63,484 bases of DNA from Gemmatimonadota bacterium. Lineage in GTDB: Bacteria; Gemmatimonadota; Gemmatimonadetes; Gemmatimonadales; GWC2-71-9. The notes beneath the pieces are model-generated. The model saw only the letters and a list, made by a program, of their open reading frames with translations, made no database searches and had not been told where the DNA came from. Where the stretch lies: NCBI GenBank assembly GCA_041499215.1, contig JBGQJV010000001.1:1-63484 (forward strand), given 5' to 3'. A program made the translations under genes and the position numbers. This document shows, piece by piece, positions 52,031-61,100 of this stretch (positions are counted from its first letter, which is position 1; every line of letters begins with the position of its first letter).

Positions 52031-53239
52031 CTACTGTACCGCGTTCATCATGTCGAAGATCGGCAGGTACATGGCGACTACCATGCCGCCGACGATGACA
52101 CCGAGCACCACGATCATCATCGGCTCCATCAGGGAGAGCAGCGCGCTCACCGCGACGTCAACTTCTTCATCGTAGAAGTCCGCGATCTTGGAGAGCATCT
52201 CGTCCAGACCGCCGGTCTGCTCGCCCACCGCGATCATCGAGATGACCATCGGCGGGAAGACCTTCGACTTCTCCAGCGGACCCGCGATGGTCTCACCGCC
52301 CGCGATCGAATTGCGGGATTCCATCACTGCGTCGTGGATCACCCGGTTGCCGGCGGTCTTGGCGGTGATCTCCAGACCGTCCAGGATCGACACGCCGGAG
52401 CTGATCAGGGTGCCGAGCGTCCGGGTGAAGCGAGACACGGCGGACTTGCGGAGCAGGTCGCCGAGCACCGGGGAGTTGAGCAGCATCTGATCGATCCGGA
52501 GCCGCCCGTCGGAGGTACTGTAGTAGCGGCGGAGGCCGATGACGATGCCGGCGATGATGAGGATGAGCATCCACCAGTAGTTGATCAGGAAGTCCGACAT
52601 CCCGATCACGATACGGGTGGGGAGCGGCAGCTCCATGCCCACGCTGGCGAACATCTTCTGGAAGGTCGGGATCACGAAGATCAGCAGCACCGCTACCGCG
52701 ATGGCCGCGACCGACATGATCACGCCCGGGTACACCATGGCACCCTTCACCTTCCGGATCAGGGCGTCGCTCTTTTCGAGGAAGGTGGCGAGCCGGAGCA
52801 GAATGGTGTCGAGAATACCGCCGGCCTCACCGGCGGCCACCATGTTGACGTACAGCTCGGTGAAAGCCCGGGGGTGCTTGCTGAACGCATCGGCCAGGGT
52901 GTGGCCGCTCTCCACGTCGAACACCACCTGTCTGGTGACCTCGGCGAGCGCCGGATTCTCCGTCTGCCGGGCCAGGATGTCGAGCGACTGGACCAGGGGC
53001 AGGCCCGAGTTGATCATCGTGGCGAACTGCCGGGTGAAAATCACGATGTCCCGGGTCCGGATGCCCTTGCGCTTGAGAAAACCGAACGAGAGCTGCTTGG
53101 GCTGCTCCCGCACGTTTACCACGATCATCTTCTGCTGCTTGATGTGCTTGAGCACCTCGTCCCGGGTGGGCACGTCGAGGGTGCCCTTGAGGATCTGGCC
53201 GGTGCTGGCATTCCGCGCGGTGTACTCGAAGACTGGCAT
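52031..53239 (-). CDS. pilC: type IV pilus inner-membrane platform protein PilC (GspF family)
   Basis: Duplicated GspF domains (LATMINSGLPLVQSL..., LGTLISSGVSILDGL...). C-terminal PIFDMMNAV. Confidence 0.9.
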   Translation of the reverse strand: MPVFEYTARNASTGQILKGTLDVPTRDEVLKHIKQQKMIVVNVREQPKQLSFGFLKRKGIRTRDIVIFTRQFATMINSGLPLVQSLDILARQTENPALAEVTRQVVFDVESGHTLADAFSKHPRAFTELYVNMVAAGEAGGILDTILLRLATFLEKSDALIRKVKGAMVYPGVIMSVAAIAVAVLLIFVIPTFQKMFASVGMELPLPTRIVIGMSDFLINYWWMLILIIAGIVIGLRRYYSTSDGRLRIDQMLLNSPVLGDLLRKSAVSRFTRTLGTLISSGVSILDGLEITAKTAGNRVIHDAVMESRNSIAGGETIAGPLEKSKVFPPMVISMIAVGEQTGGLDEMLSKIADFYDEEVDVAVSALLSLMEPMMIVVLGVIVGGMVVAMYLPIFDMMNAVQ

Positions 53240-53257
53240 CGTCGGGCTCCTGGTCCC

Positions 53258-54388
53258 TTAGCGGCGGGCGGCGGGGCGGCCGGCGGGCTTGTCCGCGGCA
53301 CCCATTTCCTGCTCCTCGAGCGGCGTCTCGCCGCACATGCGGAGCAGCTCGTTGGGATCACCCGAGGCGCGCATGCACTCCTCGAGCGTGACTTCCCGGG
53401 TCATGTACAGCTGGAACAGCGAATCGTTCATGGTCTGCATGCCGTGTTTCTTGCCGGACTGCAGCGCCGAGTAGATCTGGTGCACCTTGTCGTCGCGGAT
53501 CAGGGCCCGGATGGCGGGGGTGCAGACCATGATCTCGCAGGCCATCGCCCGTCCCCGTCCCTTGGCCTTCTGCAGCAGCGTCTGGGTCACGACCCCCTCG
53601 AGCACGAAGGCGAGCTGGGCGCGGACCTGCTGCTGCTGGTTGGACGGGAAGACGTCGATGATGCGGTTGATCGACTCCGCCGCCGAGTTGGTATGCAGCG
53701 TGGCCAGCGCCAGGTGGCCGGTCTCGGCGATGGTGAGGCAGGCCGCGATGGTCTCCAGATCGCGCAACTCGCCCACCAGGATCACGTCGGGGTCCTCCCG
53801 CAGGGCGTACTTGAGCGCGCTGGCGAAGCTCCTGGTGTCGGTCCCGACCTCGCGCTGGTTGACGATGCAGGCCTGGTGCCGGTGGATGAACTCGATCGGG
53901 TCTTCCACCGTGATGATGTGACCCTTGCGCTCCTTGTTGATCTTGTCGAGCACCGCCGCCAGCGTGGTCGACTTGCCCGACCCGGTGGGGCCGGTGACCA
54001 GGATCAGGCCGCGGGGCCGTTCCGCCAGCTTGCTGAGGACCGGCGGCAGCCCCAGGTCCTGGAAGGTTCGCACATTGAACGGAATCATCCGGATGACGAT
54101 GGCCACGCAGCCGCGCTGCTTGAAGACGTTGCCGCGGAACCGGGCCAGGTTCTGGATGCCGAAGGAGAAGTCCAGCTCGTCCTCGGTCTCGAACCGTTTC
54201 TTCTGGTTCTCGGTGAGCACTGAATAGGCCAGCGACAAGGTGTCCTTGGGCGTCAGCACCTCCGACGCCGAGGCGCTGGTGATTTCGCCGTCAACACGGA
54301 GCTTGGGCCGCTCCCCCGCGGTGATGTGCAGGTCCGAGGCGTCCTTCTCGATCATTTCCTCGAGCAGCGCGCGCAGGTTCACCGTCAT
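53258..54388 (-). CDS. pilT: twitching motility (retraction) ATPase PilT
   Basis: DLHITAGERP, GPTGSGKSTTLAA, GHLALATLHTNSA, AIRALIRDDKVHQI. Start at MTVNLRA (Met75 of the ORF). ATGA overlap with the pilB stop. Confidence 0.9.
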   Translation of the reverse strand: MTVNLRALLEEMIEKDASDLHITAGERPKLRVDGEITSASASEVLTPKDTLSLAYSVLTENQKKRFETEDELDFSFGIQNLARFRGNVFKQRGCVAIVIRMIPFNVRTFQDLGLPPVLSKLAERPRGLILVTGPTGSGKSTTLAAVLDKINKERKGHIITVEDPIEFIHRHQACIVNQREVGTDTRSFASALKYALREDPDVILVGELRDLETIAACLTIAETGHLALATLHTNSAAESINRIIDVFPSNQQQQVRAQLAFVLEGVVTQTLLQKAKGRGRAMACEIMVCTPAIRALIRDDKVHQIYSALQSGKKHGMQTMNDSLFQLYMTREVTLEECMRASGDPNELLRMCGETPLEEQEMGAADKPAGRPAARR

Positions 54389-56100
54389 GCGGCGGTCTCC
54401 TTGATGACCTCTTCCAGCGTGGTCACGCCCCGTTCCACCTTCTTCATGCCGTCCATGCGCAGGGTCAGCATCCCGTCGACGACCGCCTGGTCCCGGATCT
54501 CGGCCACCGACCCCCCACGCAGGATCAGGCGGCGGAGCTCCGGGGTCATGGCCATCACTTCGTACAGGCCCGCCCGCCCTTTGTAGCCGGTCCCGCTGCA
54601 GGTTTCGCACCCGCTCCCCTTCATAAACGGGATCTTGCGGATCTCGGCGAAGTCATTCCCCAGGGCGCTGAGCTCCACGTCGGTGTAGACCTTGGGCTCC
54701 TTGCACTCTCGGCAGATCCGCCGGACCAGCCGCTGGGCCACGACCAGATTCACCGCACTGGCCACGTTGAACGCCTCGATCCCCATGTCGATCATGCGGG
54801 TGATGGTCGACGGGGCGTCGTTGGTATGCAGGGTGGAGAGCACCAGGTGCCCGGTCAGCGCCGCCTTGATGGCGATACCGCCGGTTTCCAGGTCACGAAT
54901 CTCCCCGATCATGATGATGTTCGGGTCCTGCCGCAGGAACGCCCTTAGCGCAGCAGCAAAGGTCAGGCCGATCTCGTTGCGGACCAGGACCTGGTTGATC
55001 CCCATCAGGTTGTACTCGACCGGGTCCTCCGCCGTCATGATGTTGGTCTCGATGGTGTTGACCCGAGACAGAGCGGAGTAGAGCGTCGTAGTCTTGCCCG
55101 AACCGGTCGGTCCGGTCACCAGCACCATGCCGTAGGGGTTCAGGATGTTCCGCATCAGGTCCTGCTCGGCCTTGGGCTCGAAGCCGAACTTGGACAGGTC
55201 GAGGGTCAGGTTGCCCTTATCCAGGATCCGCAGGACGATCTTCTCACCGTAGATCACCGGCAGGGTGGACACCCGAAAATCGATGACCTTCGCGCCGATC
55301 TTGAGCTTGAGACGCCCGTCCTGGGGCACCCGCCGCTCGGCGATGTTGAGCTGCGAGAGGATCTTGATGCGGCTGGTGAGGGCGGCCTTCATCTTGACCG
55401 GGGGCTTCATCACCTCGAGCAGCGAGCCGTCGATCCGGTAGCGCACCCGGATCTCGTGCTCGAAAGGCTCGATGTGGATATCCGAGGCCCCGCGCTTCAC
55501 CGCGTCGGTCAGGATCCCGTTGATGAGCTTGACCACGGGCGCGTCGTTGATCTGCGCCTGGGTCGCGGCTTCGTCCTCCTGCTCCTCCAGGACCTCGACG
55601 TCGCCCTCGCCCAGCTGCTCCATGTCCTTGAGCAGGGTCTGCAGCTGTTCGTCGGAAGATTCGTAGTGCTTCTCGATGAGGTTGCGGAGAGTGTATTCGC
55701 CGGCAATGACCGGGAAGAGATCGTACCGGGTGATGAATTTGAGGTCGTCCAGGACCCCGGTGTTGGTCGGGTCCGCCATCGCCACCGTGAGGGTTCGGCC
55801 CTCACGCTTGAGCGGCAGGACCACGTGCTTCAGTGTGAAGTCGGCGGGGACGAGCTTGAGGATCTTGGGATCGACCTCGAACCGGGCCAGGTCCACCGCC
55901 GGCATCCGGTACTGGCGGGCGAGGATCTTGGTGACCTCGAGCTCCTGGACCAGTCCCAGTTTGACCAGGACATAGCCCAGGCGGTGGCCGGAAGACTTCT
56001 GTTCCGCCAAGGCCGCCGTGAGCTGGTCACGGGTAATGAGACCCTCGCGAATCAGGATGTCGCCCAGCCGATCATTGCTGCCGGCAGCTGCGGTCGCCAT
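54385..56100 (-). CDS. pilB: type IV pilus assembly (extension) ATPase PilB (GspE family)
   Basis: T2SSE_N domain (LGDILIREGLITRDQL). GPTGSGKTTTLYS. Tetracysteine CRECKEP...CETCSGTGYKGR. Confidence 0.92.
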   Translation of the reverse strand: MATAAAGSNDRLGDILIREGLITRDQLTAALAEQKSSGHRLGYVLVKLGLVQELEVTKILARQYRMPAVDLARFEVDPKILKLVPADFTLKHVVLPLKREGRTLTVAMADPTNTGVLDDLKFITRYDLFPVIAGEYTLRNLIEKHYESSDEQLQTLLKDMEQLGEGDVEVLEEQEDEAATQAQINDAPVVKLINGILTDAVKRGASDIHIEPFEHEIRVRYRIDGSLLEVMKPPVKMKAALTSRIKILSQLNIAERRVPQDGRLKLKIGAKVIDFRVSTLPVIYGEKIVLRILDKGNLTLDLSKFGFEPKAEQDLMRNILNPYGMVLVTGPTGSGKTTTLYSALSRVNTIETNIMTAEDPVEYNLMGINQVLVRNEIGLTFAAALRAFLRQDPNIIMIGEIRDLETGGIAIKAALTGHLVLSTLHTNDAPSTITRMIDMGIEAFNVASAVNLVVAQRLVRRICRECKEPKVYTDVELSALGNDFAEIRKIPFMKGSGCETCSGTGYKGRAGLYEVMAMTPELRRLILRGGSVAEIRDQAVVDGMLTLRMDGMKKVERGVTTLEEVIKETAA

Positions 56101-56154
56101 CGCCCTCTAATTCTGGATTGTGAAGTGTGACAAGGGGTTAGGGCCCTTCACTCT

Positions 56155-56182
56155 AAGCTAGGATACCGGGGTAGAGTGTCAA
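56155..56182 (-). promoter_or_regulatory. candidate sigma70 promoter of pilB-pilT-pilC
   Basis: Minus strand TTGACA-16 nt-TAGCTT, about 55 nt upstream of the pilB ATG. Confidence 0.45.
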
Positions 56183-56284
56183 GGCCGCGACATCAGTTCC
56201 GAGTTGCAGCGGAAACCTTGATTCCCGGGGCAAGCGTGGTGCCGGAGGGCCCCCAACTCGGAACGCGGCACCCGGAACGCGGAA

Positions 56285-56953
56285 CTACTGCACCGAGACC
56301 CTGTCTCGAAGCCGGGCCAGGGTAGCCGGCCCGATCCCGGGCACCCGGACCAAGCTGTCTACCACCGGAAAAGGCCCGTACTTCTGGCGAAAGGCCACGA
56401 TTCGGCCTGCCAGGGCGGGGCCGATCTGGGGAAGCCGCTCCAGCTCCGCCGCCGTGGCCAGATTCAGGTTGAGTATCGGCAGGTCGTTTCGAGTCCTCAG
56501 TTCCGAGTTCCGAGTTGAAGCGGGCTCGGCCGGAGCGGGGAGCGGGATGGGGGGCTGGGAAGTGGGCACGGCAGAGAACCGGACATTGTCGCGGATCGCG
56601 GCGAGGAGCCCTGTCCCGACGCCGGGAACCCGATCCAGACCCTCGAGGCTGCCGAATGGCCCCCGGGACTCGCGGTCGGCCACGATGACCTTGGCGAACC
56701 GAAGTCCGACCCGCGGCAGCCGGGAGATTTCAAGCGCGGAGGCGCGGTCCAGATCGATCCGCTCGCCGGGAGCCAGCGGGCGGGCCAGGGCCATGCTCGA
56801 ATCACGGTGGGCGAGGGAGGAGCTGCCCGGCGGCGCGGGGAGGAGGGCAACCTGGCCCGGCGGAGCTCCGGGGCGGGCCAGCAGGACCCGGATCGCCTGT
56901 CCGCCGACGGCGAGCCCGAGAAGCAGAAGGATGGCACGGCGCTCGGGGGCCAT
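56285..56953 (-). CDS. comEA: ComEA-like protein with two helix-hairpin-helix DNA-binding modules
   Basis: N-terminal TM segment. IDLDRASALEISRLPRVGLRFAKVIV, and a second copy LNLATAAELERLPQIGPALAGRIV...VPGIGPATLARL. Start at MAPERRA (Met13 of the ORF). Confidence 0.65.
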   Translation of the reverse strand: MAPERRAILLLLGLAVGGQAIRVLLARPGAPPGQVALLPAPPGSSSLAHRDSSMALARPLAPGERIDLDRASALEISRLPRVGLRFAKVIVADRESRGPFGSLEGLDRVPGVGTGLLAAIRDNVRFSAVPTSQPPIPLPAPAEPASTRNSELRTRNDLPILNLNLATAAELERLPQIGPALAGRIVAFRQKYGPFPVVDSLVRVPGIGPATLARLRDRVSVQ

Positions 56954-57100
56954 GGACGAGCATAGTGCTCGGCTCGCGAGGTGGCCCAATCATTCCGACG
57001 CGAACAGAACCGTGAGGACGCGCGGTGTCTTGAGTTCCAAGTTCCGGGTTTACGGCAGTTGAGGCGAAACTCAGCACCGGGAACCGAGAACTGGGTGGGT

Positions 57101-58000
57101 CTAGTGTCTCCGCACCAGCGCCGTGGCAACGTCTCCCACGCTCTGCAGGCTCTGGGCGCTCACCTTGTCGATGGTGTCGTCCGGAGTGTGCCAGTAGGGG
57201 TAGTCGAAATCCACCACGTCGATGGCGCGGATGCCGACCTTCTGCAGCTCCACATGGTCGTCGGTAAGGGTGTGCTTGGGGCTGGCCAGGAAGCTGCCTG
57301 CGTGGCCCGCTTCCCGGGCGACGGTCCACACCAGCTCCACCACCTCAGGCGCGCCGAGCAGCGAGTTGCCTTCCTGGTAGATCTGCTGGTCCTTGTCGGC
57401 CACCATGTCGAACAGCACCGCGTACAGCGGCACCGGGCCAGGCGGCCGATGCTGGGCGTAGTAGCGCGACCCGATCAGCACATCCGCCGGCGGAGTCGCG
57501 CTGAAATCGCCGTAGTCCTCGCCATCCACGAACAGCAGATCGACCCCCACCTTGGCGGGGCTCCGCTTCAGCACGTCTGCCACCCCGAGCAGCACCGCGA
57601 CGCCCGAGGCGCCGTCGTTGGCACCGGGGACGGGTCTGATCCGGTCTCCCTTGTTGTTAGGGCCATCGGAGATCGGGCGGGTGTCCCAGTGGGCCATGAA
57701 GAGCACCCGCTCCGAGGCCCGCGGATTGAACCGGGCAATGACGTTCACCAGCGGCAGGGTATCTCCCCGCGCGGTGACGTGCTTCCACGACTGTATGATG
57801 ACCGTGTCCGCGCGGGCCCGCGCCATTGAATCGAGCCAGGCCGCCATCCGGGCATGTGCGTCCGTGCCCGGTATGCGGAACCCGAAGGCCACCTGCTGTT
57901 CGAGGTAGTGGAACGCGGACTGCCCGTCGAACTCACGGGGAGGCGGTGAGGAGTCGCAGGCGGCGAGGATGGTCGTGGTGAGGAGGATTGTCAGGCGCAT
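57101..58000 (-). CDS. M28-family lipoprotein, glutaminyl-cyclase-like
   Basis: Lipobox TILAACDS. FMAHWDTRP...GANDGASGVAVLLGVADVL...LFVDGEDYG...YWHTPDDT. Start at MRLTILL (Met53 of the ORF). Confidence 0.65.
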   Translation of the reverse strand: MRLTILLTTTILAACDSSPPPREFDGQSAFHYLEQQVAFGFRIPGTDAHARMAAWLDSMARARADTVIIQSWKHVTARGDTLPLVNVIARFNPRASERVLFMAHWDTRPISDGPNNKGDRIRPVPGANDGASGVAVLLGVADVLKRSPAKVGVDLLFVDGEDYGDFSATPPADVLIGSRYYAQHRPPGPVPLYAVLFDMVADKDQQIYQEGNSLLGAPEVVELVWTVAREAGHAGSFLASPKHTLTDDHVELQKVGIRAIDVVDFDYPYWHTPDDTIDKVSAQSLQSVGDVATALVRRH

Positions 58001-58002
58001 GG

Positions 58003-58075
58003 GGCGGTGAGCAGTGAGGAATGAGGAATGAGGAGTGAGGCGTGAGGCGTGAGAAGTGAGGAGTGAGCGAGGGAT
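58003..58075. repeat. degenerate tandem heptamer array, unit GTGAGGA (about 9 units)
   Basis: gtgagca gtgagga atgagga atgagga gtgaggc gtgaggc gtgagaa gtgagga gtgagcg. Same family as 231-308. Confidence 0.85.
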
Positions 58076-58173
58076 CTCCGACCGAACGCTCCTGCACTCC
58101 CAGGACTTCTCCGACGCATCACGGAACCAAGGTAGCCGGACGCACTCGATGCTCATAGCTCGCAGCCCAGAGT

Positions 58174-61100
58174 CTACCGGTAGTCCCCCGAGAACAGCGA
58201 GAGCTGCAGCGAGGCGGTGATCACGATCTGGGAAAACTTCCGGTCCAGATGCCGCGCCTCGCTGAGCGAGTAGCTGAACGAGAGGCCCCCGGTAAGGATC
58301 TTGGCCAGGTCGCTGTCGAAGCTGGCACGCGCCTCGGTACGCCGGGTATCCGACACGGTGATGCAGTCGGTGGCACCGACCCGTTCCAGGCAGCTGCTGC
58401 TCCGGGAGAGGACGCCGCTCAGCTGCGACCGGACCGCGCGACGGATCCGGCTGATCGAGGTGGGGAGATTGAACGCGTGGCTGAGCCCGGCGGTGAAATC
58501 ATTCTGGCTGATGCGGGTGAGATTGCCGCTGGTCAGGTTCTCCTGCTTCAGCCGGTTGTAGGAGAAGGTGAACACCATCCCGTTGCGCAGGCTAAGCTGT
58601 GCGTCGGGCGTGATGTTGGAGGAGAACGTGCGGGCGAGGATGGGTTGGCCGTCCACGCTCGGAGTCGTGGTGGTGCCCTCGGAGGTCAGAAAGGTCGTGC
58701 CGACGGCAAACAGCGCGACCGGGCCACCCCGCAGACTCTGGGTGAGGCGCACGGTGCCCTTGGGCCACTCATTTTGCTTGGTCTCGGACGTGAGGAATGA
58801 ACCGGAGACCAGCTGAAACCGGCTGGTGCGGGTTCGACCGTAGCCCAGAGTGAACGAGAGGCCCAGCGGGAGGTCGGCCCCGGCGTTGAGGCTCGTGGCT
58901 CGAACCTCGGCGGCGCCGATGGCGGAATCGGCACCCTGGTGCAGGAAGGACTCCAACCCTCCCAGCGCCAGCTGATAGCCCACACCGGGGTCGAACGCCG
59001 CCAGGTCGAAGGTCGAGTTCCGGGTGAGCCGGTCGCTGACATCGAGCGGTCGGAGCCGACGGGTGGCGCGGCTCACCCCGCCCGAATCCCCGAACGCGCG
59101 GCTCAGGAGCCGGCCCACATCCAGCCCGGCGCCCAGCTCATAGGAGCGGGTGTTGTTGAGCGTCTGGGGCAGAATGAACGCCCCGGCCGTATCGCCGTCC
59201 GCCCGGATCGGCTCCCGACTGGAAAGGCTCCGCGAGAGCACGAAGCTGCTCTGCGAGGTGAAGCGGGGCCGGAACCACGAGGTGATCCGGGGAGTGACTG
59301 CCATCGAGGTGCTCAGCTGGCGGTCGCGCTCCACCCCAACGTCCATGCCGAGGAAGCTCCGGCGCGCATCCCCGGCAAGACGACCGAGGGCAGTCGAATC
59401 GGGATAGCGCCTGAGATCGCGGGTGCTGGCCAGATCGCCGGCGAGATTCAGCATCCCCACCGGTTGCCAGGAGAGGCCCGCCGTGTTGCGCCAGAAGTGC
59501 TGCAGGGAGGTCACCGGCAGGAGGAGAGAGTCGAGCGCCCGCCGCACCGGGACCTGGTAGGAGATCAGGTCGGACTGATCCCGGGTAAGCCCGCTGGAGA
59601 GTCGGACGCTGGTGGGAGCGAGGTTCACATAGTTTCGCCGGAGTCCCTGACCCGCATCGCTCTTGCCCAGAAAACCAGGCAACTTGTCGATCACTCCGCC
59701 CAAGTTGATCCCGAAGCCGCCCCGCCCCGGCTGCAGCTGGTAGCTGGCGGTCAACGCGCTGGAGGAGCTGGTGGCGCGGGAGAGCTCGGAGGTGTTGCGG
59801 CCGTCGGTGAAACTGGCACTCAGACCGAGGGGGTCGAGCAGGCCGCGTACCAGCCAGCTCTTGCCGCGGGCGCTGCGATGGACGCTGACGTTGTAGCTCA
59901 AGGTCCAGTTTACCGGCTTGCGCAGCCCGGCCAGCTCTCCCCCCTGCACGTCGGTGCCGGTGATGAGCTGGGGGTCCACGTCGGTACGGGCGTAGCTCAC
60001 CTGCACCGGAACGAAGAGCCCGAGCCAGGTCGGGAGGAACCGATCCAGCCGCACGCCGCTGCCGAACTGGAAGGTGGCGCTGGTTCGATAGCTCGGCTGC
60101 CCGCCGATCTGCTGGAAGTACCCGTCCTGGCGCACGTACCCGGCGGAGAACTCGGCCACGTCCGACGCCACCAGCCGCGCGTCCAGCGCCATGGCGGATC
60201 CGACGTGGGAGATCGGGTCCACCAGCCGGATGTCATCCACCCACGCTTCGGCGCTGTCGGAAGGGTCGGTGCTACCGCGTCGCAGGATCCCGGCGGCGAT
60301 TTCCTGGACGCTGGCGAGATTCGGCGGATTGACTGCCACGTCCTCGATGTGGACCAGGTAGGGTCCGTCGCACAGCACGTAGGCATCCGACAGGGCCGGG
60401 TCACCGCCGCAGGCGACCCGCGCGGCACTGTCGGGCGCGAGGCCCTGTAACCGGCGGGACTCGATGGCGCCGCGCATGTCGCGCCACTTGGCGAGGTCGA
60501 CGTTCACCTCGGGGAGCCAGGTGGTGGTTCGCGCCTCGGTGGTGTACTGGTAGAAGTTGCGGCTGTCGCTTCCCACCCGCAGGTACGCCTGGAAGTCCTG
60601 GCCCGGGCCCCAGCCGGGTCCCCGGCCGCGGAACCAGGCGCGCAGCTGGCGGTAGCCGAGCAGGTTCTGCGGCCCGCTGGGAAACCGGAAATAGGCCTCC
60701 ACCCGCTGGCTGTCCGTCACACCGCGGCCGATGATCCGGAGCGATCGCTCGTTCACTTGGGTGCCGAACTCCTTCTGGCTGCCGCCCTTGCTGTCCAGAC
60801 CACCCTGCACCCCCGGCGGAGATTCGTAGCCCAGCTCCTGGTTTTCGGTAGACACGGTGGAAGCCACCACCTCACCGGTCGAGGACCCGGTAGCACCGGC
60901 GAGTCCGGTGATCGGGCGATCCGACCGCCGCACCCAGGGAGCGCCGAGGAACCGCATCCGGGCGAGCGCCAGGAAGGCGCGCACGTCGGGGCCGTTGTTG
61001 TCCGGGTTGGCCACGAGGGTGATCCGGAAATCCTTGATCAGGCGGATGTTGGGCGAGCCAAGCGGAAAATCCGGGGTGCGCAGCCGGATCCGATACAACT

